NCBI RefSeq assembly: GCF_004010195.1 | Contig: NC_057752.1 | Location: 764,123 to 828,122, forward strand | DNA from: Chiloscyllium plagiosum | Lineage: Eukaryota | Length of the DNA stretch: 64,000 nucleotides | Direction: 5' to 3' | Shown: piece after piece, positions 24,238 to 37,400 of the stretch | Layout of the letters: every line of letters starts with the position of its first letter | How positions within the stretch are numbered: the stretch's first letter is position 1 | The notes under the pieces: generated by a model | Databases searched by the model: none | The model's input: the letters and a program-made list of their open reading frames with translations, nothing else | What the model was told of the DNA's origin: nothing | Made by a program: the position numbers and the translations under genes

Positions 24238-25292
24238 ATTTTTTAAAATTTTAAAAATATACCTTATTCATAAAAGTCTTTATATATACATACAAAGTCT
24301 CTAAAGACGGTTCTGTACAGTCTTAGCATATTGAAAACAAGCAATCTCCCAACAGTTCCAAAATGCCCAAAGTATCTCTTAGTTATGCGTATATTTGAGG
24401 CATTAGGAGGGTTCGATAACTGAATGGACCCCCATTGTATTTTAGCTGAAAGACCTTAGACGATGGTCTTTCCCCACTGTGCCTTAGCTGCCCCAAGCCT
24501 TAGTGCATCTCTCAGCACGTACTTTTAGACCATGAAATGTGCCAGTCTGCAACATTCAGTCAGGGTCAACTCCTAGCCCTGGAAGACCAACAGGTTTTGG
24601 GCAAAGCTAGGAGAGTTTTTCACCGAGATGATGGTCCTCCAGGTGGGGTCGATGTTTGTCTCTGTGGGTGTCCCAGGAACTGCCCGTTCCTGGGAATCAT
24701 AGAATCAACAGAATCATAGAATTCCTATGATGTGGACACAGGCCCTTCTGCCCAACAAGTCCACACCGACCCTCTGAAGCGTATCCCACCCAGACGCATT
24801 CCCGTACTCTAATACTCTGCATTTCACCTAACCAACACATCCCTGAACACTAGGAGCAATTTAGCATGGCCAATTAACCTAACTTGCACATCTTTGGACT
24901 GAGGGAGGAAAACAGAGCACCTGGAGGAAACTCACGCAGACACGGGGAGAACGTGCAAACTCCACACGTACAGTCGCCTGAGGCTGGAATCGAACCCGGG
25001 TCCCTGGTGCTGCGAGCCAGCAGTGCTAAATACTGAGCCACTGTGCACAGAGTACTGCTTCATGGATCTGCTCGAGATGAACCTCGACAAAAACCACTGC
25101 ATCTCTTTCCAGACTTCCTTTGTAAAGTCACATTCCAGAAGGAGATGTGTGACAATCTCTATCTGCCCCCCAGGTGAACAGAGACCAGGCAAACATGAAG
25201 GATCTCACAGGTAGTGCCCCTCTCACTGCCAGCCAAGAAATGTCTTGGTGCTTATTGGAAAGTTCTGGCTATGAGAAATTCTGCCAAATGAC
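24238..25292 (-). mobile_element. Tx1-clade LINE (family B), older copy, split by a SINE at ~24694-25045
   Basis: HLLLECDFTKEVWKEMQWFLSRFI; 3' end homologous to 25293-25800. Confidence 0.8.
24694..25045 (-). mobile_element. HE1-type SINE nested in Tx1 family B
   Basis: tRNA-like head on the minus strand (CAGTGGCTCAGTATTTAGCAC...GGTTCGATTCC); ATTCTATG-type tail. Confidence 0.8.
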
Positions 25293-27131
25293 TTTTTTTT
25301 ATTTCAAAAATATACTTTATTCATAAAAATATTTTGATATCTATACAATTGGTGATCCCATTCATATGTATACATTGCATTTCTTTATATACAGAGATCA
25401 GACTTAATCATTTGTATATACAAGTCTGTATGTCGACCATCCAGATATTTAACTGAGGCGTCAGTGGAGCCCAAATACTGTGTGGGCCCCCTGTTCTTCC
25501 TTGGCAGGCAAACCTTACACGGTGGTCTTTCCCCACTGCGCCTTTGCGGCAGCTGCCCCAAAGCTTCAATGCGTCCCTCAACACATAGTCCTGGACCTTG
25601 GAATGTGCCAGTCTGCAACACTGAATCGGGATCAGCTCCTTCAACTGGAAGATCAACAGGTTTCTGGCAGACCAAAGAGCGTCTTTCACCGAGTTGATGA
25701 TCCTCCAGGCACAGTTGATGTTCGTCTCGGTGTGCGTCCCAGGGAACAGGCCGTAGAGCACGGAGTCCTGCATCACGGAGCTGCTCGGGACGAACCTTGG
25801 CAAACACTACTGCATTCCTCTCCAGACTTCCTTTGCATAGGCACATTCCAGAAGGAGGTGTGTGACAGTCTCGTCCCTTCCACAGCCACTTGGAGAGCAG
25901 CGTACAGTGGGGCAGAGAGTCCGGGCGTGCATGAAGGATTGCACCAGCAGATCACTTCTCACCACCAGCCAAGCCATGTCTTGGTGCTTGTTGGAACGTT
26001 CTGGCGATGAGGCATTCAGCTAAATGACTTTGACAGTCTGTTCAGGGAACCGCTCAACAGGATCCGCCCTCTCCTTTTCCCAAAGGGTCTCAAGGACACT
26101 ACATGCTGACCACTTCCTGATGGACTAACAAGGCAGGAGAGAGAGGACAGCCCTGCCTGACTCCGGATCTGATCGGGAAACTTTCTGATTCTCACCCATT
26201 GATTGAGACTGCACTGACAATATTAGTGCAGCCACACACAAAGGTGGCCATCAGGGTGAGGGTGGCATTGGGCGTGTTTTTCCCCCGTTCTTTATACAGG
26301 TCTTTATACATTGTGTCCCTTCGGACCCTGTCCATCTTTGATCTCCACATGAAGTGGAAGATGACCTGGGTGACTGCGATGGCACAGGTTCTGGGGATAG
26401 GCCAGACCTGTGCCACGTATAACAATACTGAGAGTACCTCACACCTGATGATCAGGCTTTTTACCCGCGATGGAGAGTGACCGTTGCTCCCATCTGCCCA
26501 GTTTCTGCCTCACTTTACTGATACACTCCTCCCAAGATTTGGTGCACGCCCCAGCCCCTCCGAACCAAATACCCAGCACCTTCAGGTGGTCAGTCCTGAC
26601 AGTGAAGGGGATAGAGGATTGGTCGGCCCAGTTCCAAAAGAGCATGGCCTCGCTCTTGCCTCAGTTTACCTTGGCTCCCGAGGCCCGTTCGAACTGGTCA
26701 CAGATGCACATGAGTCTGTGCATGGACAGCGGATCCGAGCAGAAAACGGCGACGCCATCCATGTACAGGGACGCTTTAACCTGTAGGGCCCCGCTGCCCG
26801 GAATAGTCACCCATCTCAGGCTCACATCCTTCCTGATGGACTCGGCAAATGGCTCTGTGCAGCACACAAACAAGGCAGGAGAGAGAGGACAGCCCTGCCT
26901 GACTCCGGATCTGATCGGGAAACTATCTGATTCTCACCCATTGATTGAGACTGCACTGACAATATTAGTGTAGAGCAGTCGGATCCAATTGCAGATTCCC
27001 TCCCCAAAGCCCATTTTGGAGAGGACATCTCTCATGTACGTATGCGATATTTGGTCAAAGGCTTTCTCCTGGTCCAGGCTAATGAGGCAGGTGTCCACCC
27101 ACCTATCCTGCACGTAGGCGATCTTATCCCT
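25293..27131 (-). mobile_element. Tx1-clade LINE (family B), younger 5'-truncated and rearranged copy
   Basis: RT motifs SGVRQGCPLSP, LYMDGV (YMDDV-like), LKVLGIWF, FHFMW; C-terminus WRIINSVKDALWSARN; poly(A) tail. Confidence 0.9.
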
Positions 27132-27989
27132 GACTTTGATAGTGATCAGTATGGCAGATTAGCGTTGTAAAAGGCATTTATATAGTACCTTTCACCTGCA
27201 TCTCAGGATGTTCCAAAGCACTTTACAGTCAATGAAATACTGTTGTCACTGAAATATCAATTTCTGTTAATACTGTCTTCCTTCAACTTAACCTGTATAT
27301 TTTTTAGCTGTGCTTTCTATAAATTGTGTTTTGGACATGCAGTTCAACTGGAAATATCAGATAAATGGTGTCAGTGTGAACATTTCAACAATAACCCATG
27401 CTGTGTATTGCTCTGGTCGGTCAGCTGGCGTGAATGGATTTTTTTTGTTCTCTTTGTTTCTCTTCCACTTATTTTCTCCCCTCCCCCAACTCAAAAGGCC
27501 TTTAAATTCCAGCTTTGTGATTGGCAAAAAGCCAAAGCAAAAAAATAAAGTATGCATATGCTTTGTTAAAATTGACCTCTGTAACAAAGCAGTGAATTTC
27601 TTCATAACTCTTGAGACTACAACTTATTTTCTATCCCTTTTTTTCTCTACACAACCTCTGAAGAAAAGTCCACAGAAAAGCGAAGGGTATTTAAACCTCA
27701 AATATGTCCTCCGCTCATAAATGTTTATAAATGTGTGCAATTTCAGGAGGGAAAATATTATTGTCTTGAGAGAAGCTGCAGGCTGGAAGCTAGTAAAGAT
27801 GATCTTTAATGGGCATCAAATTATTTGATGATGTAAGGATGTTGAGTGTCAAATAGTATTTCACTGTTTGGCAGCACATCAAAAGGCCTGAAACATAGCT
27901 GTGATTGACAGAGCATCAGTATAGTGTGTTGTTTTCCTTTTTTGTATTGAAAATCCTAGCTGAAGGACCAGCATCCACAATATGGGATA

Positions 27990-28530
27990 CAAGAATGAGT
28001 ACAGATGAGAGCGGCCATTCAGTAGATCACAGGAATAACCCTTAAAGCCTGTTCTGACATTGTCAGATTGTGGCTGGTCTGTATCTTGACACCATTGATT
28101 CTGCCTTTGCTTCATGTCTTGGGATACCCTTGTGCATCCAGTATCTATCAATCTTGACTTTGAAAGATTCAATTCATCCTTAGCTGTCTTGAGAGAGTTC
28201 CAGGTTTTCACTAGCCTCTGTGTGAAGAAATGCTTCCTGATTTTACTGCTACATAGCCTTACTCTAAAATTAAGGCTTTGCATTGTTGTTTTGGATTCCA
28301 ACCTCACAGGAAATTATATCAAACCCTTTGAAAATTTTCAACACCTTAATTTGATCGCCTCTCAAGCTTCAAAACTCAAAACGATACCTACCACGTTTAT
28401 GTAACCTGTCCTCATAATTTAACCCTTTCAGATCCAGTATCATGCTGGTAAACCTATACTACATCTCCTCCAGGACCAAATGTATCCTTTCTGAGATGCA
28501 ATGCAGAAAACTGATGGGATCTGACCAAGG
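27990..28530 (-). mobile_element. Decayed CR1 LINE 3' fragment
   Basis: RKHFFTQRLVKTWNSL (CR1 C-terminal FFTQRVVxxWNSL). Confidence 0.7.
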
Positions 28531-28829
28531 CTCTGTACATTTAGCTCATTCATAGAAGCCTGCAGTTACCCTCACCTGAATTTAAATTGTTTCCATGCAT
28601 TTTGTGTCCATTATCCTATCCAAAAGAGCATTCCAGATATTACTTGAAGCAAGGTCTCCTTCAGTGTTGTGAGAGTAGATAAGAAGACAGAAAACTTGAT
28701 GACAAGGTGATGCCGATTGGTTTTCATAGCCTGAAAATTATAGGAGGAGAGGGAGTCTGCGGAAGCTGAGGAATTCCAAACCTGAGGTTGTGGGAGAAAG
28801 ACCATTACAGCAGGAGATAGTGTGATGGA

Positions 28830-29220
28830 CCTAAGAAATAGGCATGGGTGTGGGCCATCTGTCCCTTTAACCTGTTCCACCTAAGATTCCATTGAAGATC
28901 CACCTCCTATCTCAACTCCACTTTCCCTGCCCTATCTCTCAGTGCTCTAAATGCCCAAAAAATCTATTGATCTTGAATAAACTCGATGACTGAACATTAA
29001 CAGCCCTCTGGGATAGAAAACTCCCAAGATGCATAAGTTTCAAAATTTTGACAAAATGTCTCCTGATCTGAGTCCAAAATGGCTAACTTCTTATCCTAAG
29101 ATTGTGAACCCTGTGGTTCTAGACTGTCCAGCCAACAGAGGAAAGCAGCCTCTCAGCAATCTACGTTCTCAAGCTTCAGAACTTTGTACAGCTCAATGGA
29201 ATCACCCTTCATTCTTCTGA
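28830..29220 (-). mobile_element. Decayed CR1 LINE 3' fragment
   Basis: Similar to the CR1 3' ends at 45517 and 62240. Confidence 0.55.
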
Positions 29221-30378
29221 ATTACATAGAGTAGAGAAGCAAAACATTGTGGATACTGGAAATCTGAAATAAAGACAGAAACTGCTGAAAATACTTAGGT
29301 CTGGCAGAAAATGTAGTCCTGCTCTACTCAATTATGTAATCATTTCAATGCGGTGAAGGTAGAGGGATAACAATGGTCAGGTAGAATGACATGTTTAAAG
29401 CCTAGGGGCCCTGCCTGCATTCATTTCAATAACATAAAAAATTTATAAGCACAAGGTCAGTCTGAGTCAGGTCTTCAACATAGACACATTACCAGTACCA
29501 CACTACTCTATTATATATACTTTTACTGTATAAAACTGCAAGGGGATCTGTTTCTTCTGCTGTAAGTGTTCTAACAATGTATTTCTTTATCACTAACCAT
29601 TCCAATGATTGTTCTACTCCTGAAACTAGAAGACTTATTATTATAATAATGATTTTCAAAACAGCTCTATTATTTCATGACATGTGGGTATTCTTGGCAA
29701 AGCCTCCATTTGTTACCCATCCCTACTTGTCTGAGACTGAGGGCAGTTAACAGTCAGCCACATTGTTCTGGGTCACATGTAGGCCAGACCAGGTAAGAAT
29801 GGTAGATCTCCTTCCATAAAAGACCAGATGGGTTTTTACAGCAATTGATGCTGATCATTACTGCTAATAACTTTCAGTTTCTGATTATTTTGTTAAAGTA
29901 ACTTATTCAGACATGTTATGACACACTTCCATGGCAGATGAGGCTTGAACCCAAACCTTCTGACCCAGTGGTAGGAACACTGAAGCACATGACACCCTGA
30001 ATTTGAGAATGATTTATTAATTGAATTTTTATGAATTTAAAAACCGCCAGTTGCCATCATGGGATTTGAACCCACATCTCCTGAATATTTGTCTGGGTGT
30101 CTATCAAGCCAGTGATATTACCACTGCACCATCATCTCCCTGCAGCATATTTGTATGACTTGGAAAACTATTTGACTGCAGAAGAGTTATTCATTTATCT
30201 GGACAATCCAAGTAATCTTATTTGCCTTTGAATAGCAATTATATCAATAAATAACAATATATGAGATGTTAATATGCATACATTGCAACCATAGAAGTTA
30301 CAATGGGACCGTTCTAGCAGCCACATGCCTTCTGTACAGTATTTGCTGTCTGAAAGATTTCCTTCACTTACTTTACAG

Positions 30379-30513
30379 ATGCAATCAGTGCTACCAATCC
30401 ACGAGTCATTGATGATGCTCGGGCACGAAAACTCTGTGCTGACCTAAAACGCTGCATGTATTACGAAACATGCGCGACATATGGACTCAATGTCGATCGA
30501 GTGTTTAATGAAG
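30379..30513 (+). CDS. AGAP2: AGAP2 exon ([45 protein letters not shown])
   Basis: tttacag acceptor and G|gtaagg donor; 135 nt, phase 1-1; [12 protein letters not shown] family motif, with LCAD and NVDRVF as in AGAP2. Confidence 0.95.
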
Positions 30514-32619
30514 GTAAGGACTTTGCTCCTGGCAAGTTTTAAATCTGAAGTTCACCCTCAGGAACTGTCTTCAAATGCTATCAGAAAAGAGACAAGGAAA
30601 GTTGATGTGGTAAACTGGGCTGAATGGTCTATTTCTGTGCGATAAAATTCTAATGAGTCAGTAAAGCAGCTATTTTTCACTACATAGAGCCGCAGCAGAA
30701 TTACAGCACACAAAGGGGTCATTTGGTCTACCCATATCTGCGCTGGTTTAATAAATTGGCCACCCGTTCTAGTTCCAGTCTTGGTCCGGGCCATGCAATT
30801 TATAACGCATCAAGTGCAGATCCAAGTTCCTTTTAAATGAGTTGAAGGCTTCTGACTTGACCATCAAAATGGGCAGTGAGTTCCAGACACCTAATAGGCT
30901 TGGATGAAAACGCTTTTCCTAATATCCTCTCTAATCCCACTTCCAAACGTCTTAAAATTGTGTACCCTGGTAATTGAGCTCTCCACTGTGGGAAACAGGT
31001 CTTCTCTGACCAATTTATCCAAACCTAATGAAAACATAAATCTGCTCATGTACCAAGTGAGGTATATGGTATTGTAATAATCTTATTAAAAACAGCAATC
31101 TGGCAGCAACAATGTAAACAGTCAATGGCCTGGTACTGTTTTATTCAGGCTGAACACTTGGTTTCCATTGACTGCCTATGAATATCTTCCTCACCATGGT
31201 TGTGAAGCGGTAGCCAGAAACCCGTGAGGAAGACATAAAATAATGCAGATTGTTTCGTAAGTGCTTGCATATCCTCACATTCGAACTTTAGCTAATACTA
31301 AATTGGAAAAATTAAACAGTCCACTATGTTCCAGCCTAGCAGATCTTCCTTTTGATCATCCCAAAAGATGACATAAGAAAGAAGGACGAGACTTGCATTT
31401 CTTTGGCACTTTTCATCATCTAAGGCTGTCTCAAATGCTTCACAACCAATTACGTATTTTTGAACATCCAAACATTCCTAACTTGAACCAAGCCCAAAAC
31501 TGGTTCTTGATCCAGCAATACCTCCAGTTTATAATCCCTCCATGGTACTGTCCCTCCCTCATTCTGTAACCTTTGTCAACTCCACAACCCTCTGGGATAT
31601 CTGTTCCTCCAATTCTGGCTTCTTGAGAAATCTCAGTTTCCGGGTTTTTTTTTTCTGAGGGCTCCCTTGAGGCTACATTTTGATTTTTGGGGCCATTTTT
31701 AAATTCTCAATAATTCCTTTCTTAGGCAATGCACTTACAGGGCAACATTACCTTCTGTATTTGTTTGATATGCTGTATAGGGTATTTGGAATCACACAGA
31801 AGCAGAATTAGAAGGGTTTATCAATATCCTCAATAATTATGAACCCTATTAAACTTAGAGCAGCAACACATAAGGAAAGCATTAATTTCCAGGATGCCAC
31901 AGTCTTGAAATTGGCACAAGACAATAGGCTTAGATTAGCAAAATAATTGACATGCATTTCTACACCCAAAAACCCATTGCCCTGAACATACCTTCCACAG
32001 ATTGGTGAGGTAACAACTAATAAATTTCAATCAAATATTCATAAGGCTGTAATATTTTAAACAAGTAGTTAATACCTTTTTTTAACTGCATCTCAGATTA
32101 AAATTTTATAATTGACACAGCATCCTTTATAATTGCATCCATTACAATCTTTCTAATAGAGTAGCTCCTGAAGATGTGCGGCTTTAAACTAGAGATAGCA
32201 CATCAATTTGCAAGTTATTAATTTCCTCAGTGATTTCAGATTTTCTTAGCTGCTCATTCACTGAGTGTTCCTTTGTTTACAGCTTTGAAACTGTTATCTC
32301 TACCTTGCAGCCTCTTTGTCTCTTCTCCTTCCTTGAAGCCTGTCTCTATCAACCACCACTCTTTGAAGCCTCTCCCTCTCTCTCACCTCCCCCTGTAACC
32401 GCTCTCTCTCCAAACCCCATGAACCTCCCTCGATTCTAGCCAGTTTATGGCCTCCCAGCTCCCTTTGTGGCCTCCTTCCGTTCCATAGCCCATCTGCCCC
32501 GACCTCTGACCCGTTGCAGCTCTCCTGTCTCTCCCACCAGATACCCAGACCCCTTGTGGCTCCTCCATCTTCTTCAACCCCCCCCCATCCCCTTCCAAAC
32601 CTTCACTCTCTTTGTCCTC

Positions 32620-33476
32620 NNNNNNNNNNNNNNNNNNNNNNNNNNNNNNNNNNNNNNNNNNNNNNNNNNNNNNNNNNNNNNNNNNNNNNNNNNNNNNNNN
32701 NNNNNNNNNNNNNNNNNNNNNNNNNNNNNNNNNNNNNNNNNNNNNNNNNNNNNNNNNNNNNNNNNNNNNNNNNNNNNNNNNNNNNNNNNNNNNNNNNNNN
32801 NNNNNNNNNNNNNNNNNNNNNNNNNNNNNNNNNNNNNNNNNNNNNNNNNNNNNNNNNNNNNNNNNNNNNNNNNNNNNNNNNNNNNNNNNNNNNNNNNNNN
32901 NNNNNNNNNNNNNNNNNNNNNNNNNNNNNNNNNNNNNNNNNNNNNNNNNNNNNNNNNNNNNNNNNNNNNNNNNNNNNNNNNNNNNNNNNNNNNNNNNNNN
33001 NNNNNNNNNNNNNNNNNNNNNNNNNNNNNNNNNNNNNNNNNNNNNNNNNNNNNNNNNNNNNNNNNNNNNNNNNNNNNNNNNNNNNNNNNNNNNNNNNNNN
33101 NNNNNNNNNNNNNNNNNNNNNNNNNNNNNNNNNNNNNNNNNNNNNNNNNNNNNNNNNNNNNNNNNNNNNNNNNNNNNNNNNNNNNNNNNNNNNNNNNNNN
33201 NNNNNNNNNNNNNNNNNNNNNNNNNNNNNNNNNNNNNNNNNNNNNNNNNNNNNNNNNNNNNNNNNNNNNNNNNNNNNNNNNNNNNNNNNNNNNNNNNNNN
33301 NNNNNNNNNNNNNNNNNNNNNNNNNNNNNNNNNNNNNNNNNNNNNNNNNNNNNNNNNNNNNNNNNNNNNNNNNNNNNNNNNNNNNNNNNNNNNNNNNNNN
33401 NNNNNNNNNNNNNNNNNNNNNNNNNNNNNNNNNNNNNNNNNNNNNNNNNNNNNNNNNNNNNNNNNNNNNNNNNNNA
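32620..33476. other. Assembly gap (N run)
   Basis: Continuous n characters. Confidence 1.
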
Positions 33477-33870
33477 AGATGAGGTGTTCTTCCTCCAGGC
33501 GTCTGGTGGTGAGGGAGCGGTGGTGGAGGAGGCCCAGCACCTCCATATTCTCGGCAGAGTGGGAGGGGGAGTTGAAATGTTGGGGCACGGGGCGGTTTGG
33601 TTGATTGGTGCGGGTGTCTCGGAGATGTTCCCTAAAGCGCTCTGGTGGGAGGCGCCCAGTCTCCCCAATGTAGAGGTGACCGCATCGGGAGCAACGGATA
33701 CAATAGATGATATTAGTGGATGTGCAGGTAAAACTTTGATGGATGTGGAAGGCTCCTTTAGGGCCTTGGATAGAGGTGAGGGAGGAGGTGTGGGCACAGG
33801 TTTTACAGTTCCTGCGGTGCCAGGGGAAAGTGCCAGGATGGGAAGGTGGGTCGTAGGGGGGCGTGGACCT
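33477..33870 (-). mobile_element. Penelope-like element GIY-YIG endonuclease fragment
   Basis: Minus strand FTCTSTNIIYCIRCSRCGHLYIGETGR...FREHL...HFNSPSH...RRLEEEHLI. Confidence 0.8.
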
Positions 33871-34744
33871 AAGTGGCTTGGTGTCAATCTTTATCTGGTA
33901 ACTCCCCTGTAAAGCCCCTTGGGATGTTTTACCATGTTACAAATATAAGTTGTTGTTTACATGTAATGTAGGGAAAGCTGAGAATGGGATATCTGTTTAT
34001 AAGGGGAGTGGGATGGTGGGTTCATCGTGGTGGTGGTGAATTCAGTACTTAGCCAAAATGTTGACCATGAATATGATATGGAACATGACTGTTTGGAAAC
34101 TAAAATACAAATGAACAAGTGAAGTTTCGGCTCTTTTCTATTCACCTTTGAAGTGAATGACTGCCAGCCTCTAATAGCAGATTCTTGTACTTGATGATCT
34201 TCGGTGTGTAGACTAATGCTAATAATAATTGGCTGAATCTTGGGCAGTTGACAGCAAATCTTAATTCTGAAAGGAAGATGGAAACAGAAAAGCTTAGAGG
34301 AGTAAGATTAAATAAAGCACCCGTACTGTAACTGCTTCAGAAACAGCACAGCAAGCTGAATGTATGACAAGCTGATCCAGAAATGTCTATCTTTGAATTT
34401 TAAGAGAGAACAGGTGTGATTGCAGGTAAGCTCTCTCGACTCTAAGGACAACATTAGGTTGCAACTCAATGTTAATTGTCTTTTATTTCCTTTTCTAGAT
34501 ATATCAGAATCATGATTGGTTAGCTTTATAATCCAGGAGCAAACTTTAATATTTATTGCTCTTGATCCCAAATCTTTGCTGATCAGGCATGCATTACCAA
34601 GGATTTTTCTACAATAGAAGATATTCTTATCTTTTCTGTGTCCAGTGACAGAGGAATGCATGAGGCATATAGAGCATGTCCTTGTGTCTGTTTCAATAGC
34701 TAGTTTTTCCTGGAACTGTTGCTAGCCTTTTCCCAGAGGCTAGG

Positions 34745-35050
34745 TAAAAACAATGACTGCAGATGCTGGAAACCAGAGTCTAGATTAGAGTGGTGCTGGA
34801 AAAGCACAGCAGTTCAGGCAGCATCCGAGGAGCAGTAAAATCGACATTTCGGGCAAAAGCCCTTCATCAGGAATACAGGCAGAGAGCCTGAAGGGTGGAG
34901 AGATAAGTGAGAGGAGGGTGGGGGTGGGGAGAAAGTGGCATAGAGTACAATAGGTGAGTGGGGGAGGGGATGAAGGTGATAGGTTGGGGGAGGGTGGAGT
35001 GGATAGGTGGAAAAGAAGATAGGCAGGTAGGACAAGTCATGGGGACAGCT
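34745..35050 (-). mobile_element. Penelope-like 3' terminal fragment
   Basis: Pyrimidine-rich tract, then CTGATGAAGGGCTTTTGCCCGAAATGTC on the minus strand; same family as 47070-47202. Confidence 0.7.
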
Positions 35051-36378
35051 GAGCAGAGGCTGTTCGATGCACTCCCCAGCAACCATGGCCAGGAGCCTTT
35101 CCTTCTCTTATTACTTGCTCTGGGTGTGTCAGAATGCTTTGCGAGGTAATAATCAACCTGTTTGGCTGTGTTATGAACGCACCTTCCTTGACATCAGGTT
35201 CTGGAGTGGGATTGTAACCCAGAACCTCTATCTCAGAGGTAGGGAAACTACCCATTGTGCCACAAGACTCCCAATGGAAGATAATTTAGGGCACAAATCA
35301 GGCACACTGACTAGCATCCTCAAGATTCCAAATCGCACTCCAGTCCGGTGACGCTTTGCACTAGGAAGGCTGAACCATAAAATTCACCCTTAGCCCTGTT
35401 TGGTGATTCCAGGGGATTTTCTCTCCCTCAACACTGTGTTAAGGTGCTTAAAGTATATGGATTAACATGTGCACTGATGTAGAAATTTCAAGGGAATAAG
35501 TTAACTGCTTGTTGCTAATATCCCAAAGAGTAACTTAAGTGCCTTGGTATTTCTTAAACTATTGGCAAATGGTGTGTGAGAGAATTCATGATCGAATAAT
35601 CAGGCATAAACTCTGGATGGAGTTGGATTAACGGGCCAAATGGATGACTCCCAACCGGATTTTCTCTTGCCAGTGTGGGGCTGTAAAATAGTTTCTGCCT
35701 TCCTGGGAATTGTTGGTGCTTTGAGTCTTTTGAATTATAATTATTTCTCTGTAGGTGTTCAAGCCACCACCCACTTGATGACCATTTCAGAAAAAGTTGC
35801 CAAAACAACTCTCCTTTAAATGTTTTTGCCAATTAGCTGAAATTGGTTCATAATGAGTTGGAACTTGCTGGCTGCGCAAAAAGTACCCAAAAAAGGGCAG
35901 GATATTAGCTTAAAGTTTCTTTGAGCAAGTTTAAGGAAAAGGAAGTCTGGTGATGTTACCATTTTAGAATAGCAAAATTGGTTTTAAAGAGACAATATTC
36001 TTACAAAAATGTTGGGCAAAAAGCTTAAATGCTGTACAATTTTTATCAAAACATGTTTATATAGTTTAGTTTTAACATTGTCTTTTTCGCACACATTGAG
36101 TAATCTTGGTGAAAAAGAGCTGTCCCCTGTTCAGGCTGATGTTCTTCCTCATAAGTGCCCATTGAGATTCTTTAAGGCATTATGCCCATGTGTGCGACAG
36201 TCATTGACAATGGCCTCTCTCTATTTTTGTCAACAAGTTATAGGCTTCCTGTTTATACTTGACAATTTGGCATATTTATTTTTATCTTCTAGTTTCAGAA
36301 TTCTTTGTGTTCTTGTTAACTTAGTTAGAAAATGCAACTTCTCATCCGACAGAGGACTCACCTTTATTTTTCTTTCAG

Positions 36379-36503
36379 TCACACAGAAGATCTCAGCCAT
36401 TAAGAAACAGCAACACCTTTTTGCTACATCATGCAAGTCTTTGCCAAGCTCTCCAAGCCATTCAGCTGCCTCTACCCCAGTCTCTACTATTCACAGCGGT
36501 CAG
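36379..36503 (+). CDS. AGAP2: AGAP2 exon (TQKISAIKKQQHLFATSCKSLPSSPSHSAASTPVSTIHSGQ)
   Basis: tttcag acceptor and CAG|gtaagt donor; 125 nt, phase 1-0. CKSLPSSPSHSAASTPV is the AGAP2-type linker. Confidence 0.93.
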
Positions 36504-36902
36504 GTAAGTGAGGGTGTCAGTGCATGTGAGAGCAAGCAGCAGAGCGTGATAAGCATAGGAAATGAGTGCTACATCCTCCGTCAATTATTGAAATAGTTTA
36601 GTGTGGAATGTTTTCATTAATGGGATGTGCAGGTCCAGAATTTATTGTCCATCCCATGTTGCCCTTGAGAAGGTGGTGGTGAATTGCTTTCTTGAACTGC
36701 TGAAGTTCATTTGGTCAATGGAAACCCCAGGATGTTCATAGTGGGGGAATTCAGCAATGGGTGGCATGCCATTGAATTCATGATTGAAATGCTGGGCAGT
36801 TTGCTCACTTCCCGGCCTCCAAAAACCTTGCTATCTGGGTGCTGCATGAAGTTATCTGGAGAGGATACTTCCTCCAACTTCTCTTCCCCTATCAGGAAAT
36901 AA

Positions 36903-37400
36903 CTTTTTTCTTTTTTTATTCCAAAAATAATGTTTATTCATTGGATTTTTAAAGGAACATAGCAGTTCAAATTTGATATTGCATAAAGTGCAAAACAGAT
37001 CATTCTTTTTCAATACAGAATATGAAGTGCATTTACAATTACAGATTATAATTACAGTGTGCATTTACAATTCAGATCAAATATTCTTTGGTGCATACAG
37101 CTCAAGGCATTTTACACAGGTTGCTGCTCCTCGTTATACTTTGGTAAGAGGGCCTTAGAAAGTGGTCTTTCCCTGTTGAGCCTTTGTGGTGCTTGTCCCA
37201 AGCTTTAGTATGTGTAGTCCTCAGCATGTAGTCCTGGATGGACCTTGGAAATGTGCCAGTCTACAACACTCAGTTGACATTTCTTTGCAATAGAAGACCA
37301 GTGTGTTTCAGGCAGACCACAGAACGCCCTTCACAAAGTTGATGGTCCTCCAGCAGCAGATTGCATTTATCTCAGTATGCATTACTGATAATCCATGTAG
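36903..37400 (-). mobile_element. Tx1 family B-related 3' fragment, decayed
   Basis: Poly(T), then GTGGTCTTTCCC...GTAGTCCTGGA...AATGTGCCAGTCT as at 25520-25620. Confidence 0.6.

Noticed and set aside
32383..33912. Long ORFs of 322-481 aa in the ORF track
   Set aside because: Artefacts of translating through the N gap; only the Penelope fragment on the right side is real coding remnant.
36009..36596. 195-aa ORF as a standalone gene
   Set aside because: Only 36379-36503 is exon, bounded by splice sites; the rest is intronic read-through.
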